Of a stretch of DNA of 64,000 nucleotides, positions 19,508 through 28,069 are shown one piece after another. The position numbers were made by a program, and so were the translations under genes. This stretch comes from Nitrososphaera sp. GTDB lineage: Archaea > Thermoproteota > Nitrososphaeria > Nitrososphaerales > Nitrososphaeraceae. Where the stretch lies: contig DATCWI010000086.1 of NCBI GenBank assembly GCA_036566425.1, positions 9,997-73,996 of the forward strand, in the 5' to 3' direction. Numbering within the stretch: position 1 is the stretch's first letter; the number at the start of each line of letters is the position of its first letter. Below the pieces are notes generated by a model, which worked only from the letters and a program-made list of their open reading frames with translations, was not told the origin of the DNA and did no database searches.

Positions 19508-19528
19508 CCCCTTTATTTCCACTGGAAC
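19508..19528 (-). promoter_or_regulatory. Origin recognition box (ORB) 2
   Basis: Minus strand reads GTTCCAGTGGAAATAAAGGGG; 19 bp identical to ORB1, offset by 61 bp. Confidence 0.9.
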
Positions 19529-19696
19529 AGATATCTTGTAATTTATTACAACTAGAATGGTTAACTACAAGGAGTTGTTAACTAAAAATACCTCTCTCTC
19601 ATATACAGTTAACATCAGCTAACCTGTTTGTTATCAATATTGGCATAGCTCATGTTAAGTGTTAAGACCTTAACATGTTAAGTTACTCTTACTCGT

Positions 19697-20167
19697 ATGA
19701 ACTCTGGAAAGAAGCGATTCAAGATAGAACTGGAAGATGCGGAAGGAAGCAAGTATAACCTTTCACTAGAGGGTAATATATCAAAAGAAAAAATAATGAA
19801 AATCGTTGAGTTCATGGATCTCATAAATATTGAGCCAAACGAGAATAATGAAAGGGAGATTTATGGAAGCAATAGATCAACTCCTGCCTCAGTCGGCGAC
19901 AAGATATGGAATCTTGTTGAAGGTAAATTCCCGTATGGTGGGTTTACTTCCACTGATATCCTCGAACTATATGAGGATCAGTACAACGAGCCCATTAAAC
20001 TAAGCATTATCTCAACCTATCTTTCAAGGTATACTGAACGCGGCCGACTGATAAGAACCCGACAGGGAAAAGAGTGGATCTACAAGATGGCTAGACAACA
20101 ACCGATGCAGCCCCAACCATCTTCTCCTTCTCCTTCTTCTTCAGCATCTCCTGACCTGCCTCTGTGA
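19697..20167 (+). CDS. Origin-adjacent hypothetical protein with C-terminal winged-helix domain
   Basis: 'FTSTDILELYED.YNEPIKLSIISTYLSRY.ERGRLIRTRQGKEWIYK' follows a wHTH pattern; small beta-rich N-terminal domain. Confidence 0.75.
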   Translation: MNSGKKRFKIELEDAEGSKYNLSLEGNISKEKIMKIVEFMDLINIEPNENNEREIYGSNRSTPASVGDKIWNLVEGKFPYGGFTSTDILELYEDQYNEPIKLSIISTYLSRYTERGRLIRTRQGKEWIYKMARQQPMQPQPSSPSPSSSASPDLPL

Positions 20168-20690
20168 TATTATAGCGAAAAGGTTTGGTGTTGATATCTC
20201 TACTAACCAGGCCTAGGTCGTGAAGTTTCTTCATCAGGCGAGCGGTGTGTTCTCTGGTCCTTCCTATAGCAAGTTGAACTTCTCTTGAAGATCTCGGTCT
20301 TTCAGCTAGCAACTTGAGTATATAATCAGTTGTACTGTTAACTTCATTCTCGATTTTTTGATGTTGTGTGATTGTTACAGGCTCACTCACGGATGTTACG
20401 TGAGGTTGTATCTGTGACGACTGCTGTGATGTTGTTCTTTGTGACTGGACTCTATCTTCAAGTATATCAATCCTTGCCTGAAGCTCTGAGATTGCTTTGT
20501 TGTAATCACGCAATTTATGGGTATATTCGAGAACTATTGCTTCAACAACTACTTCGTTGGTCTTGTACTTGCTTTCTTCAGATATTGCCTTAAACCTGGT
20601 ATATAACATCATACCTGCCAGTCCTCCTAGAAAAGCAAAGACCCCTAGTATCACAAGATTACTGTCTGAGAAGCTCAGGCCGGTTATCAT
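20091..20690 (-). CDS. Membrane-anchored coiled-coil protein with C-terminal MarR-like wHTH
   Basis: N-terminal TM 'LVILGVFAFLGGLAGMMLY'; coiled coil 'LRDYNKAISELQARIDILEDRV'; wHTH 'ILKLLAERPRSSREVQLAIGRTREHTARLMKKLHDLGLVSRD..KPFRYNIT'. Confidence 0.8.
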   Translation of the reverse strand: MITGLSFSDSNLVILGVFAFLGGLAGMMLYTRFKAISEESKYKTNEVVVEAIVLEYTHKLRDYNKAISELQARIDILEDRVQSQRTTSQQSSQIQPHVTSVSEPVTITQHQKIENEVNSTTDYILKLLAERPRSSREVQLAIGRTREHTARLMKKLHDLGLVSRDINTKPFRYNITEAGQEMLKKKEKEKMVGAASVVV

Positions 20691-20719
20691 ATCACGGTAA
20701 TACTAACGAATACCGTGAT
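20691..20719. promoter_or_regulatory. Perfect inverted repeat ATCACGGTA-N11-TACCGTGAT abutting the start codon of the membrane wHTH gene
   Basis: Seen directly; the arms contain the locally enriched ATCAC motif. Confidence 0.6.
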
Positions 20720-20743
20720 TTAATACTTTAGAGTAAGGTTATT

Positions 20744-21133
20744 TTACACTGCGGATATTCTTTTTATCACTTCATCTATCACATACATCACGTCTTTGTT
20801 ATCAGTTTTAAGCACAACATCACTACTATTGTCCACAGAGAATATCACGGCTAATTGCTCTGCTAGCCTACTTAGTGTCACTGACGTCTCTCCTTTGACT
20901 ATCCCTGTTGATTGTAGAAGCACAATACTGTATAGAAGCGATTTGACTTTTTTTCTACATTGTTTAACTTGTCTATAGTAGGCACCTGGGCTGATATCTT
21001 CGGGCTTGCCAGCTCCTTTCAGTTGATTCAAGATTATTGAAAGCTGTCGCGGTGTAAATATAGAATTTGCAACAATTTGGGTATAAAGCGTGCTAGAATT
21101 AGAGATCGGCTCGACCATGACGGCTATACACAT
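20744..21133 (-). CDS. Hypothetical protein with Tfx/sigma-region-4-like HTH
   Basis: 'FTPRQLSII..ISPGAYYRQVKQCRKKV'. True start may be the ATG at 21118. Confidence 0.65.
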   Translation of the reverse strand: MCIAVMVEPISNSSTLYTQIVANSIFTPRQLSIILNQLKGAGKPEDISPGAYYRQVKQCRKKVKSLLYSIVLLQSTGIVKGETSVTLSRLAEQLAVIFSVDNSSDVVLKTDNKDVMYVIDEVIKRISAV

Positions 21134-21209
21134 TTGTATTGCTGCGGGCTATATTAGAATTTTAGTAGTAGCGTCAAACTTAAAACGGTATATACCCCTT
21201 TAAGAGGAA

Positions 21210-21956
21210 GTGACTGTAGGAAAGGTCGAAAAATATCTTCAAGATGAGATAAAGAATCACGGAACAATTTGCCTTCCACTAATCGATTCTGAAAACTCCA
21301 CAGATGCTGCATCAATTGCAAAAATAGTGGAGGAAAGAGGAGCCTCTGCAATTCTTGTTGGCGGGTCCTCTGTGGTTGACCAATTGGAGCTAACTAGAAT
21401 TGTCAGTGAAATAAAATCGACGATTAACGTTCCTGTGATATTGTTTCCAGGAAACGTCACAGGTGTATCACCAAAAGCTGATGCCATCTTATTTAGCTCG
21501 CTTCTCAACTCAGAGAATACATATTTTATTACTGAAGCCCAAGCATTGGGCGCGTTGGCAGTCAAGAAATATGCAATAGAGCCGTTACCGACAGCCTATA
21601 TTATAGTCGGTGAGGGAACGGCCGCTTGGTTTGTGGGTAGAGCCAGGGGAATCCCATTTCATAAACCCAATCTTGCTGTAATGTATTCCCTTGCGGCTCA
21701 ATATATGGGCATGCGATTTGTGTATTTGGAAGCGGGTTCTGGTGCAGTTGAACATGTTCCATCAGAAATGGTAGCAATGGTAAGAAAGCACTACGACGGT
21801 ACCATCATCGTTGGTGGCGGCATAAAATCACCAGAAATTGCAGGTCAGGTAGCCAAGGCAGGAGCTGACATTATTGTTATTGGTACCATGATAGAAAAGG
21901 AGGGCAATTGGCAGGAAAAATTTTCGTCAATAGTCAAAGCGATTAGGATACGATGA
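21210..21956 (+). CDS. Geranylgeranylglyceryl phosphate synthase (PcrB/GGGPS family)
   Basis: 'ILVGGS', 'PVILFPG', 'SLLNS', 'YLEAGSGA', 'VGGGI', 'GADIIVIGT'. Confidence 0.93.
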   Translation: MTVGKVEKYLQDEIKNHGTICLPLIDSENSTDAASIAKIVEERGASAILVGGSSVVDQLELTRIVSEIKSTINVPVILFPGNVTGVSPKADAILFSSLLNSENTYFITEAQALGALAVKKYAIEPLPTAYIIVGEGTAAWFVGRARGIPFHKPNLAVMYSLAAQYMGMRFVYLEAGSGAVEHVPSEMVAMVRKHYDGTIIVGGGIKSPEIAGQVAKAGADIIVIGTMIEKEGNWQEKFSSIVKAIRIR

Positions 21957-21959
21957 AAT

Positions 21960-24900
21960 ATGATATTAGAGGAAGCTGAAACCCATCTAAAGGATGTCCG
22001 CATGCCTGCATTTTATTGGCAATATCAACAGGATATCCTAAAGAGCGTCAACAAGGGCTACCAACATGCACTTAATGCTCGACGACGTGGGATTGATGCA
22101 GCGGATATCATCGAGCCCAAGATTGCGTATGACTTAGCAGATAGAGTTGCAAAAATGCATAACATAGATATTGCAGACAGACTGCGTGCTCTTCTATCAC
22201 AGACAACTAAGGAAAAAGCAGCATTAAAAATAGCGGAAGAAATTGCAGCCGGCGAATATGGTTCAGGCGATCTGAAAACTCGACTTGATAATGCAGTCAG
22301 GGTTTCTCTAGCTGTAGTCACAGAAGGTGTGACTGTTGCTCCTCTACAGGGAATATCAGATGTCACGATCAAGAGCAACATCGATGGCTCCCGATACTTG
22401 TCGGTGTCTTTTGCTGGACCTATTAGATCAGCGGGTGGCACAGAAGCTGCACTAACGATGCTCATTGCTGATCATGCAAGAAAAGTCGCAGGTCTTGACA
22501 AGTATATAGCAAATTCATTCGATGATGAAACCGGCAGGTTCGTTGAAGAGCTCAGGATCTATGAACGCGAAGTTATGGGCTTCCAGTTCAAAGTCCTTGA
22601 CGAGGACGTAGTGAGATGTATTTCAAACTTGCCAGTAGAATTAGACGGCGTTGACACTGATCCTGTAGAAGTAGTTGGGCATAAGAACATGCGTCGGATC
22701 GCTACTGATAGAGTTCGCGGAGGCACGCTTAGAGTCATGAATGATGGACTCATCGGCAGAAGTAGGAAACTATTGAAGTTAGTTGAGACCCTAAATTTGG
22801 ATGGTTGGAACTGGCTGAAAGAACTCAAAGGAGCAATTCAGACGGGCAATGACGATGCCGCACATCATAGGATGTCAGAGGTCATTACTGGCAGGCCAGT
22901 ACTTTCTATGGCAAAAAAAATAGGCGGATTTCGCTTACGTTATGGTCGCTGCTATAACACTGGCTTTGCAACTGTAGGGATACATCCAGCAGTTCCAGCT
23001 CTACTCAACTATGCAATTGTAGTTGGCACCCAGATCAAAATGGATATGCCTGGAAAGGCATCTACTATAGCACTTGTCGATACTATTGAACCGCCAATCG
23101 TCAGGTTGGATGATGGCAAAGTGATACAAGTGACCACAGTAGAACAGGCCGAAAGAATCCGTTCCCATGTCAGCAAGATCTTGTATCTTGGAGATATGCT
23201 GATAAGCTACGGGGACTTTCTTGAAAATAACGCCCAGCTGCCACCTGCAAGCTTTGTAGAAGAAATATGGGTACAGCAACTGCGCTCAAAACTACTCACA
23301 ATCCAGTCATCTGATATTGATAGGAAGAGGCTAATCCAGATGGCTGAAAGCTCGCTTATTGTACCGTCAGTTGACGAAGCATTTGAAATCAGCAAAAAGC
23401 TTGGATTGGCACTGCATCCCCGATATTCATTCTACTGGGACTCCTTAACCGTTGAGGAAGTTTTGTACCTAAAAGACAGACTATCTGATGATATGACATT
23501 GTCTTTTGATACTAAGTTAAAGGATATCTTGGAGCGATTAGGTGTAATTCATTCTATAACACATGACCAAATCTGCATTGACGACAACAATCAAACAACT
23601 TCGTTGAGAAGGCTTCTAGACGGGCCTCCTACTGTTGAATCTGAGAATGCTATTGAATTTGTCAATAAGACATCTGGTATTCTCGTAATGCCCAAGTTTT
23701 CCTCTGCTATTGCTGTGAGAGTCGGCAGGCCAGAAAAGGCGGCTGAGCGCAAGATGAAGCCACCAGTACATGTCCTCTTTCCAATTGGACCAAAAGGTGG
23801 CCCAACTCGTGACATCCTGAAGGCTTGTAAAGAAGACTCCTTCTATACTCAAATAGCGAACAGATATTGCGATAAATGTAGGTTGCCGTCTATTGGCACA
23901 CATTGTAGAGTGTGTGGCGCTTGGGCAATGCTGCGCAACCTGTGCGTTGTATGCAGAAAGGAGGTTGAAGAGGGTGAAAAATGCGTGCGTTGTGGAAAAG
24001 AGGGCCGAACTTACTCCTCAGTCAACTTTCCACTCAAGTTTGCATTAGAGCAGGCAAAGAGAAAACTGGGTATAGATCCGCAAGAACCCTTCAAGGGCGT
24101 CAAGTCGCTTATGAGCACACATAGATCCGCAGAGCCCTTGGAAAAAGGAATTTTGCGCCAAAAGCATGGACTCCATGCCTTCAAGGATGGGACCATCCGA
24201 TTTGATGCAACCAATGAGCCACTAACTCACTTTAAGCCTGCATGGATATCTGTCAGTATTGACAAATTAAGAGAGCTTGGATATACACATGATTATCTTG
24301 GGAGAGAGTTAACTTCTCCAGATCAGATTGTGGAGTTGATGATGCAGGATGTAATAATCCCTCGTGAGTCCGCAAAACACCTTGTGAATACAGCAAAGTA
24401 CGTTGATGAAGAACTTGTTAAATTATATGACTTAGAGCCTTTTTATGGCTTGTCTTCACTTGATGGCCTTGTTGGTCATTTGATTGTGGGTCTCGCACCA
24501 CATACCTCAGTAGGCATTGTGGGAAGGATAATTGGCTTTGCTGATTCACAGGTTTGTTTGGCATCGCCAATATGGCACTCTGCCAAGCGCCGAGACTGTG
24601 ATGGCGATGCTGACTCTGTGATGCTCATAATGGATGCATTTTTGAACTTCTCTTATGACTTTTTACCAGACAAGATAGGTGGGCTAATGGACGCGCCGTT
24701 ACTTATACAGCCTGTTGTACTACCACATGAGGTTCAGCGTCAGGCACACAACGTAGATATTGCAAACACATACTCGCTTGAATTCTATGAATCTACATGG
24801 AAGCAGGCCAAGGCCGCCGACGTAGCTGGCATGACAGAGACAGTCAAGAATAGAATAGGTGATGTACGTCAGTTCTATGACTATGGCTTTACTCATTTAA

Positions 24901-25355
24901 CTAATACACTCGTGACAAAGGCACAGAGAAGCGCCTACTCTACTCTTAACACTATGGAAGAGAAGCTGAAAATGCAATTTGATACTGCAAAATTGATAAA
25001 CGCAGTGGACGCTAATGAAGTTGCCGCAATGGTGCTTACTACACACATTCTTCCCGATATAATCGGGAACATGAGATCCTATTCTTCGCAGACCTTTCGC
25101 TGTACAACCTGTGGTGCTAAGTTCCGTAGAATGCCCTTGATGGGTAAGTGCATTGAATGTGGCTCTGCATTGATCCAAACGGTGACGAGGGGAGCCGTTG
25201 AAAAATATCTTGGCATTGCAATTGATATGTGCAAGCAATACAAAATTAACGATTATCTGCGCAGCAGAGTTGAATCAATAGCCTTAGAACTAAAATTGAT
25301 CTTCAAGGAAGAAAAGAAAACCCAATCAAGCATGATGGAGTTTATGGGTGGCTAA
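21960..25355 (+). CDS. polD2: DNA polymerase D large subunit DP2
   Basis: 'GPIRSAGGT', 'GFRLRYGR', 'RVGRPEKA', 'FKDGTIRFD', catalytic 'AKRRDCDGDAD', C-terminal Zn fingers. No intein seen. Confidence 0.97.
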   Translation: MILEEAETHLKDVRMPAFYWQYQQDILKSVNKGYQHALNARRRGIDAADIIEPKIAYDLADRVAKMHNIDIADRLRALLSQTTKEKAALKIAEEIAAGEYGSGDLKTRLDNAVRVSLAVVTEGVTVAPLQGISDVTIKSNIDGSRYLSVSFAGPIRSAGGTEAALTMLIADHARKVAGLDKYIANSFDDETGRFVEELRIYEREVMGFQFKVLDEDVVRCISNLPVELDGVDTDPVEVVGHKNMRRIATDRVRGGTLRVMNDGLIGRSRKLLKLVETLNLDGWNWLKELKGAIQTGNDDAAHHRMSEVITGRPVLSMAKKIGGFRLRYGRCYNTGFATVGIHPAVPALLNYAIVVGTQIKMDMPGKASTIALVDTIEPPIVRLDDGKVIQVTTVEQAERIRSHVSKILYLGDMLISYGDFLENNAQLPPASFVEEIWVQQLRSKLLTIQSSDIDRKRLIQMAESSLIVPSVDEAFEISKKLGLALHPRYSFYWDSLTVEEVLYLKDRLSDDMTLSFDTKLKDILERLGVIHSITHDQICIDDNNQTTSLRRLLDGPPTVESENAIEFVNKTSGILVMPKFSSAIAVRVGRPEKAAERKMKPPVHVLFPIGPKGGPTRDILKACKEDSFYTQIANRYCDKCRLPSIGTHCRVCGAWAMLRNLCVVCRKEVEEGEKCVRCGKEGRTYSSVNFPLKFALEQAKRKLGIDPQEPFKGVKSLMSTHRSAEPLEKGILRQKHGLHAFKDGTIRFDATNEPLTHFKPAWISVSIDKLRELGYTHDYLGRELTSPDQIVELMMQDVIIPRESAKHLVNTAKYVDEELVKLYDLEPFYGLSSLDGLVGHLIVGLAPHTSVGIVGRIIGFADSQVCLASPIWHSAKRRDCDGDADSVMLIMDAFLNFSYDFLPDKIGGLMDAPLLIQPVVLPHEVQRQAHNVDIANTYSLEFYESTWKQAKAADVAGMTETVKNRIGDVRQFYDYGFTHLTNTLVTKAQRSAYSTLNTMEEKLKMQFDTAKLINAVDANEVAAMVLTTHILPDIIGNMRSYSSQTFRCTTCGAKFRRMPLMGKCIECGSALIQTVTRGAVEKYLGIAIDMCKQYKINDYLRSRVESIALELKLIFKEEKKTQSSMMEFMGG

Positions 25356-26677
25356 GGGTGCTCTATAAATGTCTTGTAGAGCTTGAGGGCATCCTCTTTG
25401 TCCTTTGCGCCAACGATTGTAGCAGCGCCACTTGAGAGAAAACTTACAGACATCCTGCCTGAATCGACTGCAGTTATGCCGAGGTTCCCCCTTGTCTTAA
25501 CCTTGTAGCCAAGTGATTCCGCATTCTTGATCATTGAGTTCAGGTTGACGGGTGTAGGCTCTGTAGGGGTGACTGTCCATGTACGCTTGCCCCTATCCCT
25601 TCCGCACAACTCTTCAATTATCAGCTCATCATCTGACGTCTTACTTTCCTTCCGCCCAATTCCACATGATGGACACTCTTCTTGGCGGAACATTTGTATG
25701 CGCTCAAATGATAGCTCATTCAGATCGATGTAGAGCAGGTTGTTTGCCAGTGTCGGTTCTCTGCCTATGATTATCTTGATTGTTTCTGATACCTGTATGC
25801 CTGCGACTAGATACAGTATGGACGGATGCACACCTTCAGTGCTACACGCAGGCATTTCCTCTTCATTTAACTCTGGAAACATACAGCGCAGGCATGCAGT
25901 CTTGTTTGGGAGAATTGTGCATACGGAGCCTACCATGCCAAGCGCCCCCGCGTAGATCAGTGGAATATTGTGCTTGATACATGCATCATTGAGAGCATAT
26001 CTAGCGTCGACGCTATCTAATGCGTCAATGACAATATCAAAATCTTTGATGAGGCTTTCTGCAGTATATTTGGTTACAGATGTTGGAACTGGCTCCACCT
26101 TGACTGTAGGGTTTAGTTTACCCAGACGCTCTGCAGCAGCCTCTACCTTGACGCGGCCAATGTCGTCGTCAGTGTATAGATGCTGTCTGTGTAGATTGGT
26201 AACTTCAATAACATCTCTGTCAATGATACGTACTTTACCAACCCCCATCGCCACTAGCTGTGTAGCAACGGGGTTTCCTATGCCGCCTGCTCCTACTACA
26301 CATACCTCTGCATTCCTTATTTTTTCCATTCCCTCAAAGCCGATCTCTTCGAGCATTACTTGCCTAGAGTAGCGTTGAAGCTCTTCACTTGTCAACTCGG
26401 CGCCTCCTGCCACAGCAGGCAGGATGTAGATAGAATCACCATCCTTTAGTAGGGAAGATGTTACGCCACTAAAGCGGACATTTTTGCCATTAATGTAGAT
26501 GTTGATAAGTGATCTTGGTTTGCCATTATGATCAAACACTCTTCGCCTAAAGTCATCGCCCATTTGCTCTGAAACTTTTGCAAAAGCGTCCTGCATGTCG
26601 GAAGCTTGAATCGAGATCTTTTTCTCCCCCTGTCCTCTGTTCAATACTGAAGGAACTACAAATTCGACCTTTGCCAC
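25352..26677 (-). CDS. Ubiquitin-like (MoaD/ThiS/SAMP) domain fused to ThiF/MoeB E1-like adenylyltransferase
   Basis: Beta-grasp domain ending 'ILPAVAGG' (residues 91-92), then 'RYSRQ', 'VGAGGIG', 'NLHRQ', 'CLRC', 'CPSCG' and a short C-terminal domain. Confidence 0.9.
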   Translation of the reverse strand: MAKVEFVVPSVLNRGQGEKKISIQASDMQDAFAKVSEQMGDDFRRRVFDHNGKPRSLINIYINGKNVRFSGVTSSLLKDGDSIYILPAVAGGAELTSEELQRYSRQVMLEEIGFEGMEKIRNAEVCVVGAGGIGNPVATQLVAMGVGKVRIIDRDVIEVTNLHRQHLYTDDDIGRVKVEAAAERLGKLNPTVKVEPVPTSVTKYTAESLIKDFDIVIDALDSVDARYALNDACIKHNIPLIYAGALGMVGSVCTILPNKTACLRCMFPELNEEEMPACSTEGVHPSILYLVAGIQVSETIKIIIGREPTLANNLLYIDLNELSFERIQMFRQEECPSCGIGRKESKTSDDELIIEELCGRDRGKRTWTVTPTEPTPVNLNSMIKNAESLGYKVKTRGNLGITAVDSGRMSVSFLSSGAATIVGAKDKEDALKLYKTFIEHP

Positions 26678-26682
26678 TATTA

Positions 26683-27903
26683 TTATCCCCTCATAATTGC
26701 TGAAACTTCTGCTGCATCAGGCTTGATAGCATTTAGTTTTGGCAACAGACCTATAACCGCTTCTGTAGCTTTCAAACCATTGCCCGTCACATAGCAGACG
26801 ATTCGCTCATCCTTCTCTATCTTGTTTTCTTCCACTAACTTCCTGAGTACTGCAACCGATACTCCCCCTGCAGGTTCTGTAAAAATTCCCTCTGTCTGGG
26901 CAAGTAGCATAATGCTGTCTGCGATCTCCTGATCGCTTGCCTCTTCTGCAAGGCCATTGTACTGCTTTAGCCTTTTTAAAACATACATGCCATCGCCAGG
27001 ATCCCCTATTGCCAAGCTTTTAGCAATCGTCTCTGGCCGCTCGATAGGGATCACCTCGTCACTGTTGTGTTTGAATGCATTGACGATAGGCGCACAGCCG
27101 CGCGGTTGCGCTGCAACTACCTTCATATTTTTGGGACTGTCGATCAGACCAAGTGAGTGAAGTTCTTCAAAACCTTTGCATATGGCGTTGAGCATAGCAC
27201 CACTTCCTACTGGGATTATTAGACTCTCTGGTACTTGCCAGTCCATCTGTTCTGCAACCTCAAAAGCAAGCGTTTTTGATCCCTCTACATAGTACGGCCT
27301 CATGTTAATATTGACAACACCTATGCCTTTCTTATCTCCTATCCTTGAAGCGATCCTATTGGCATCATCATAGGTGCCTTCGACCGCAACAAATTCTGCA
27401 CCATATGAAAGCGCTTGAGCGATCTTGACATGCTCGATGTCAGACGGTGCAAAGATATAGCATGACATGCCCGCCTTGGCTGCGTGAGCAGCGGTTGCAG
27501 CTGCTAGGTTGCCCGTAGACGCACAACCAACTGCCTTTAATCTTGTCTCTTTGGCTCTTGAAACTGCGACGCCCGCAGGCCTGTCCTTGAATGAAAACGT
27601 TGGGTTAACCGAGTCATTCTTGATATACAAACTTTTCAACCCGAGCCTGTTTCCTAGCCTGTCTGCATGCTGCAGTGGTGTTAGACCTGCATTCAGGCTT
27701 ACAATATTGCTTTTATTTGCAATTGGCAGAAGCTCAAAATAGCGCCAGTATGTCTTTTCCCTTAATTCAAAAGTGCTTTTAGTTATAGATAATTCCTCGT
27801 ATGTGACATCTAGAGGGCCAAAGCACTCTTCACATACATAGCGAAATTGTGGCTCATATTCTTTGAGACATTCTCTGCACTTTAGCGACTTGATACTTCC
27901 CAT
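26683..27903 (-). CDS. thrC: Threonine synthase family PLP enzyme with N-terminal Zn ribbon
   Basis: 'NPTFSFKDR' (PLP lysine), 'CASTGN', 'EGSKT', 'PVGSG', 'TGNGLK'. Confidence 0.88.
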   Translation of the reverse strand: MGSIKSLKCRECLKEYEPQFRYVCEECFGPLDVTYEELSITKSTFELREKTYWRYFELLPIANKSNIVSLNAGLTPLQHADRLGNRLGLKSLYIKNDSVNPTFSFKDRPAGVAVSRAKETRLKAVGCASTGNLAAATAAHAAKAGMSCYIFAPSDIEHVKIAQALSYGAEFVAVEGTYDDANRIASRIGDKKGIGVVNINMRPYYVEGSKTLAFEVAEQMDWQVPESLIIPVGSGAMLNAICKGFEELHSLGLIDSPKNMKVVAAQPRGCAPIVNAFKHNSDEVIPIERPETIAKSLAIGDPGDGMYVLKRLKQYNGLAEEASDQEIADSIMLLAQTEGIFTEPAGGVSVAVLRKLVEENKIEKDERIVCYVTGNGLKATEAVIGLLPKLNAIKPDAAEVSAIMRG

Positions 27904-28069
27904 GTTTTCTACTCTCCTCTTCGATTAGTATATGATTAAAACTTCTCTAAGCATCATTTTAGTTTTACTAAATTTTTTGCTCATCATGTTTTGTAATACT
28001 AAACAGCAATAATCATGTGTACATTCTAGCAAAAGTGGGATATATATAAAAAATTGCTATATTTGCTGG

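Larger units (their letters stand above)
19232..19682. repeat. Dispersed array of the palindrome GTTAAC in the origin
   Basis: Exact copies at 19232, 19255, 19394, 19468, 19489, 19560, 19577 and 19608. One-mismatch copies include 19243, 19292, 19322, 19403, 19618, 19630, 19654, 19661, 19669 and 19677. Confidence 0.8.
19152..19696. other. Probable chromosomal replication origin (oriC)
   Basis: AT-rich intergenic region immediately upstream of cdc6 containing ORB elements; both PolD genes lie nearby. Confidence 0.85.

Noticed and set aside
21960-25355. Intein in DP2 (also checked in the visible part of nrdJ and in cdc6)
   Set aside because: Lengths and motif spacing are normal; no splice-junction or LAGLIDADG motifs seen.
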